From assembly GCA_963758525.1 (NCBI GenBank), contig CAVWVQ010000003.1:4736001-4800000 (forward strand): 64,000 nt of DNA, read 5' to 3'. A program made the translations under genes and the position numbers. Shown here piece after piece: positions 62,445 through 64,000 of the stretch (position 1 is the stretch's first letter; each line of letters starts with the position of its first letter). The DNA comes from an uncultured Phycisphaerales bacterium (lineage in GTDB: Bacteria > Planctomycetota > Phycisphaerae > Tepidisphaerales > Tepidisphaeraceae). Under the pieces are notes generated by a model. It was not told the origin of the DNA. It saw only the letters and a program-made list of their open reading frames with translations, and made no database searches.

Positions 62445-63461
62445 ATGACTCACGGTCGCTGCTATTTTCTCGATGTTGGGCAGGGGACCGCCAACGTCAT
62501 TCTTCTCAAGGGGCGGCGAGCGATCGTGCTTGACGCCGGTCCCGCCAAGCACGTGGGTGTGGTGCATCGGCTCCTGAAGGATTTCGCTGGCACGATCGAG
62601 TGTGTGCTGCTCTCGCACCACGATGCCGATCATGTCGCCGGATGGGAGGAGATCGCCGCTGATTTTCAGGGAAACATCGGGACTGTCTGGTGCATCCCTG
62701 ATGCGCATCCCTCGAAAGGGCAGCGCATTGATATCACCATGCACTTGGCGAAGCAGGGAAAAATACCGCTTCCAAGTCCAGCCTTGGTCGACTCGCTGAA
62801 GGCTCCCAAAATAATCTGGCAAGATGACCAAAGCCCAATGCGTCTCGAAATCCTCTATCCGGATCTTTTAGGTCAGTACTCAGCGATCAAAGGGAAAGAC
62901 CACAATCGGGCCAGCGTCGTGGCCGTTCTACGGTGCAATAAGGAATCCATCCTTTTCCCAGGCGATTGTGATATCGAAGCATGGAGACGGTTACGCGATG
63001 TTTCGCCTCACTTGCCGCTGAAAGTCGATCTGTTAGCGGTACCGCACCACGGCGGGCTACCAAGCCAGTCTGCGGCCGACTTGCAGTGGCTCTACAGGGA
63101 TGCCGTGAAGCCCGGCACTGCCATCTTTAGCGTCGGCACATCCAACGACGAGGGACACCCACGCGCAGAAGTGGTTCGGGCGTTACGAGATCAGAGCGTC
63201 CGTGTCATGTGTACCCAGATCACTCCGCAATGCCATACCAGCCTTGAGCCATTGCGGCCTGGAGTGATCCGCCCACTGGCGAAATACTCGACATCAACTG
63301 CTGATCCAAGCTTCACCAGCTCAAAGAAGCTGAGCCGTCATGTTGGTTGTGCGGGGACGGTATATGCCGAAGTGACGGACGACCGAATCATCGTTCAACG
63401 AGTGACTGAACACCGCGATGCTGTGGACAATCGAGTGAAGCATCCGCTGTGTCGCCCATAG
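62445..63461 (+). CDS. Stand-alone ComEC/Rec2-type MBL-fold metallo-hydrolase (putative nuclease)
   Basis: FLDVGQG, LDAG, SHHDADH, FPGD, VPHHG, GHP; no TM competence domain. Confidence 0.88.
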   Translation: MTHGRCYFLDVGQGTANVILLKGRRAIVLDAGPAKHVGVVHRLLKDFAGTIECVLLSHHDADHVAGWEEIAADFQGNIGTVWCIPDAHPSKGQRIDITMHLAKQGKIPLPSPALVDSLKAPKIIWQDDQSPMRLEILYPDLLGQYSAIKGKDHNRASVVAVLRCNKESILFPGDCDIEAWRRLRDVSPHLPLKVDLLAVPHHGGLPSQSAADLQWLYRDAVKPGTAIFSVGTSNDEGHPRAEVVRALRDQSVRVMCTQITPQCHTSLEPLRPGVIRPLAKYSTSTADPSFTSSKKLSRHVGCAGTVYAEVTDDRIIVQRVTEHRDAVDNRVKHPLCRP

Positions 63462-63463
63462 GC

Positions 63464-64000
63464 TTATTCCGCGCCCTTTCTTCCGCGGCTCGCGCCTTTT
63501 GCCGGCGGCGCCCACGCCCTCACCTCATCCACCGTCTTCCCCATCTCCTTCGCCTCGTCGTTGATGAAGTCGCGGTAGTAGTCGCCCAGGCCGACGCCGA
63601 AGTCGGGGTGGATGGCGTTGTGCCACTGTAACACCCAGGGGAGCAGTTCCAGCATCGCGGCCAGCAATGGCACGCGGCGCTCCGGGGGCCAGCCCTCGCG
63701 CTCTTTCATCGCCATGTAATAGGCGGCCACCGCTTGCAGTTGCTGGAGATGGTCGAACCCGGCCCAGGTGATGACCAGCGTCGGGTCGGCATCGCGCTGG
63801 CAGTGGGGGAAGCTGACAAATCGCTCCTTGGGAACGTCCAGTTTGCCGCGGAGGCGCCAGATCGGGCCGGGGAGCATGTCGGCGGATTTGTATTTCGGCG
63901 GCACGGGGATGTCGCCGACCTTCGCCTTCTTCTCGGCCTTGGCCTGCTGCTCGGTCAGGTATTGCGGGTTGGCCTGCCCTGAGCTGTTCGAAGGGTCGAG
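63464..64000 (-). CDS. pglX: BREX-2 adenine methyltransferase PglX, C-terminal part
   Basis: VPPKY..WRLRGKLDVPKERFVSFP..LLELLPWV.QWH-type C-terminus; upstream of pglY on the same strand. Confidence 0.85.
   Translation of the reverse strand, partial: LDPSNSSGQANPQYLTEQQAKAEKKAKVGDIPVPPKYKSADMLPGPIWRLRGKLDVPKERFVSFPHCQRDADPTLVITWAGFDHLQQLQAVAAYYMAMKEREGWPPERRVPLLAAMLELLPWVLQWHNAIHPDFGVGLGDYYRDFINDEAKEMGKTVDEVRAWAPPAKGASRGRKGAE

Noticed and set aside
62445..63461. Competence gene comEC
   Set aside because: Lacks the membrane competence domain, and the context is a defence island

Overview
GC-rich bacterial DNA. PEP-CTERM proteins, DUF1559-type prepilin proteins and a DUF3500 protein point to Planctomycetota, probably Phycisphaerae (inference). 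Four parts are visible. (1) 0.5-16.3 kb is carbohydrate locus A: XylR-type regulator, PEP-CTERM beta-helix protein, D-2-hydroxyacid dehydrogenase, large secreted protein, DUF1559 prepilin-type protein, small 'DDGKTWF' membrane protein, DUF3500 protein and a heparinase/alginate-lyase-like protein. (2) 17.7-23.3 kb holds assorted metabolic genes, including ccoS and xfp. (3) 23.4-47.3 kb is a ~24 kb segment bounded by a 47-bp direct repeat made of a tRNA 3' end plus terminator (att-like). It carries carbohydrate locus B, which repeats the core gene order of locus A and adds an SSS symporter, GH2/GH5-like and heparinase-like enzymes. (4) 47.3-64 kb is a defence island: a DUF262+HEPN pair and a type 2 BREX/Pgl system (pglX partial, pglY, pglZ, brxD, brxHI). 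An opposite-strand three-gene cassette (TIGR04255-like, HicB-like/unknown, stand-alone ComEC-type MBL hydrolase) sits between pglX and pglY and is the best candidate for an undescribed system. At least seven frameshifts in otherwise intact genes suggest assembly indel errors. Family assignments come from recognised motifs only; no database search was run.
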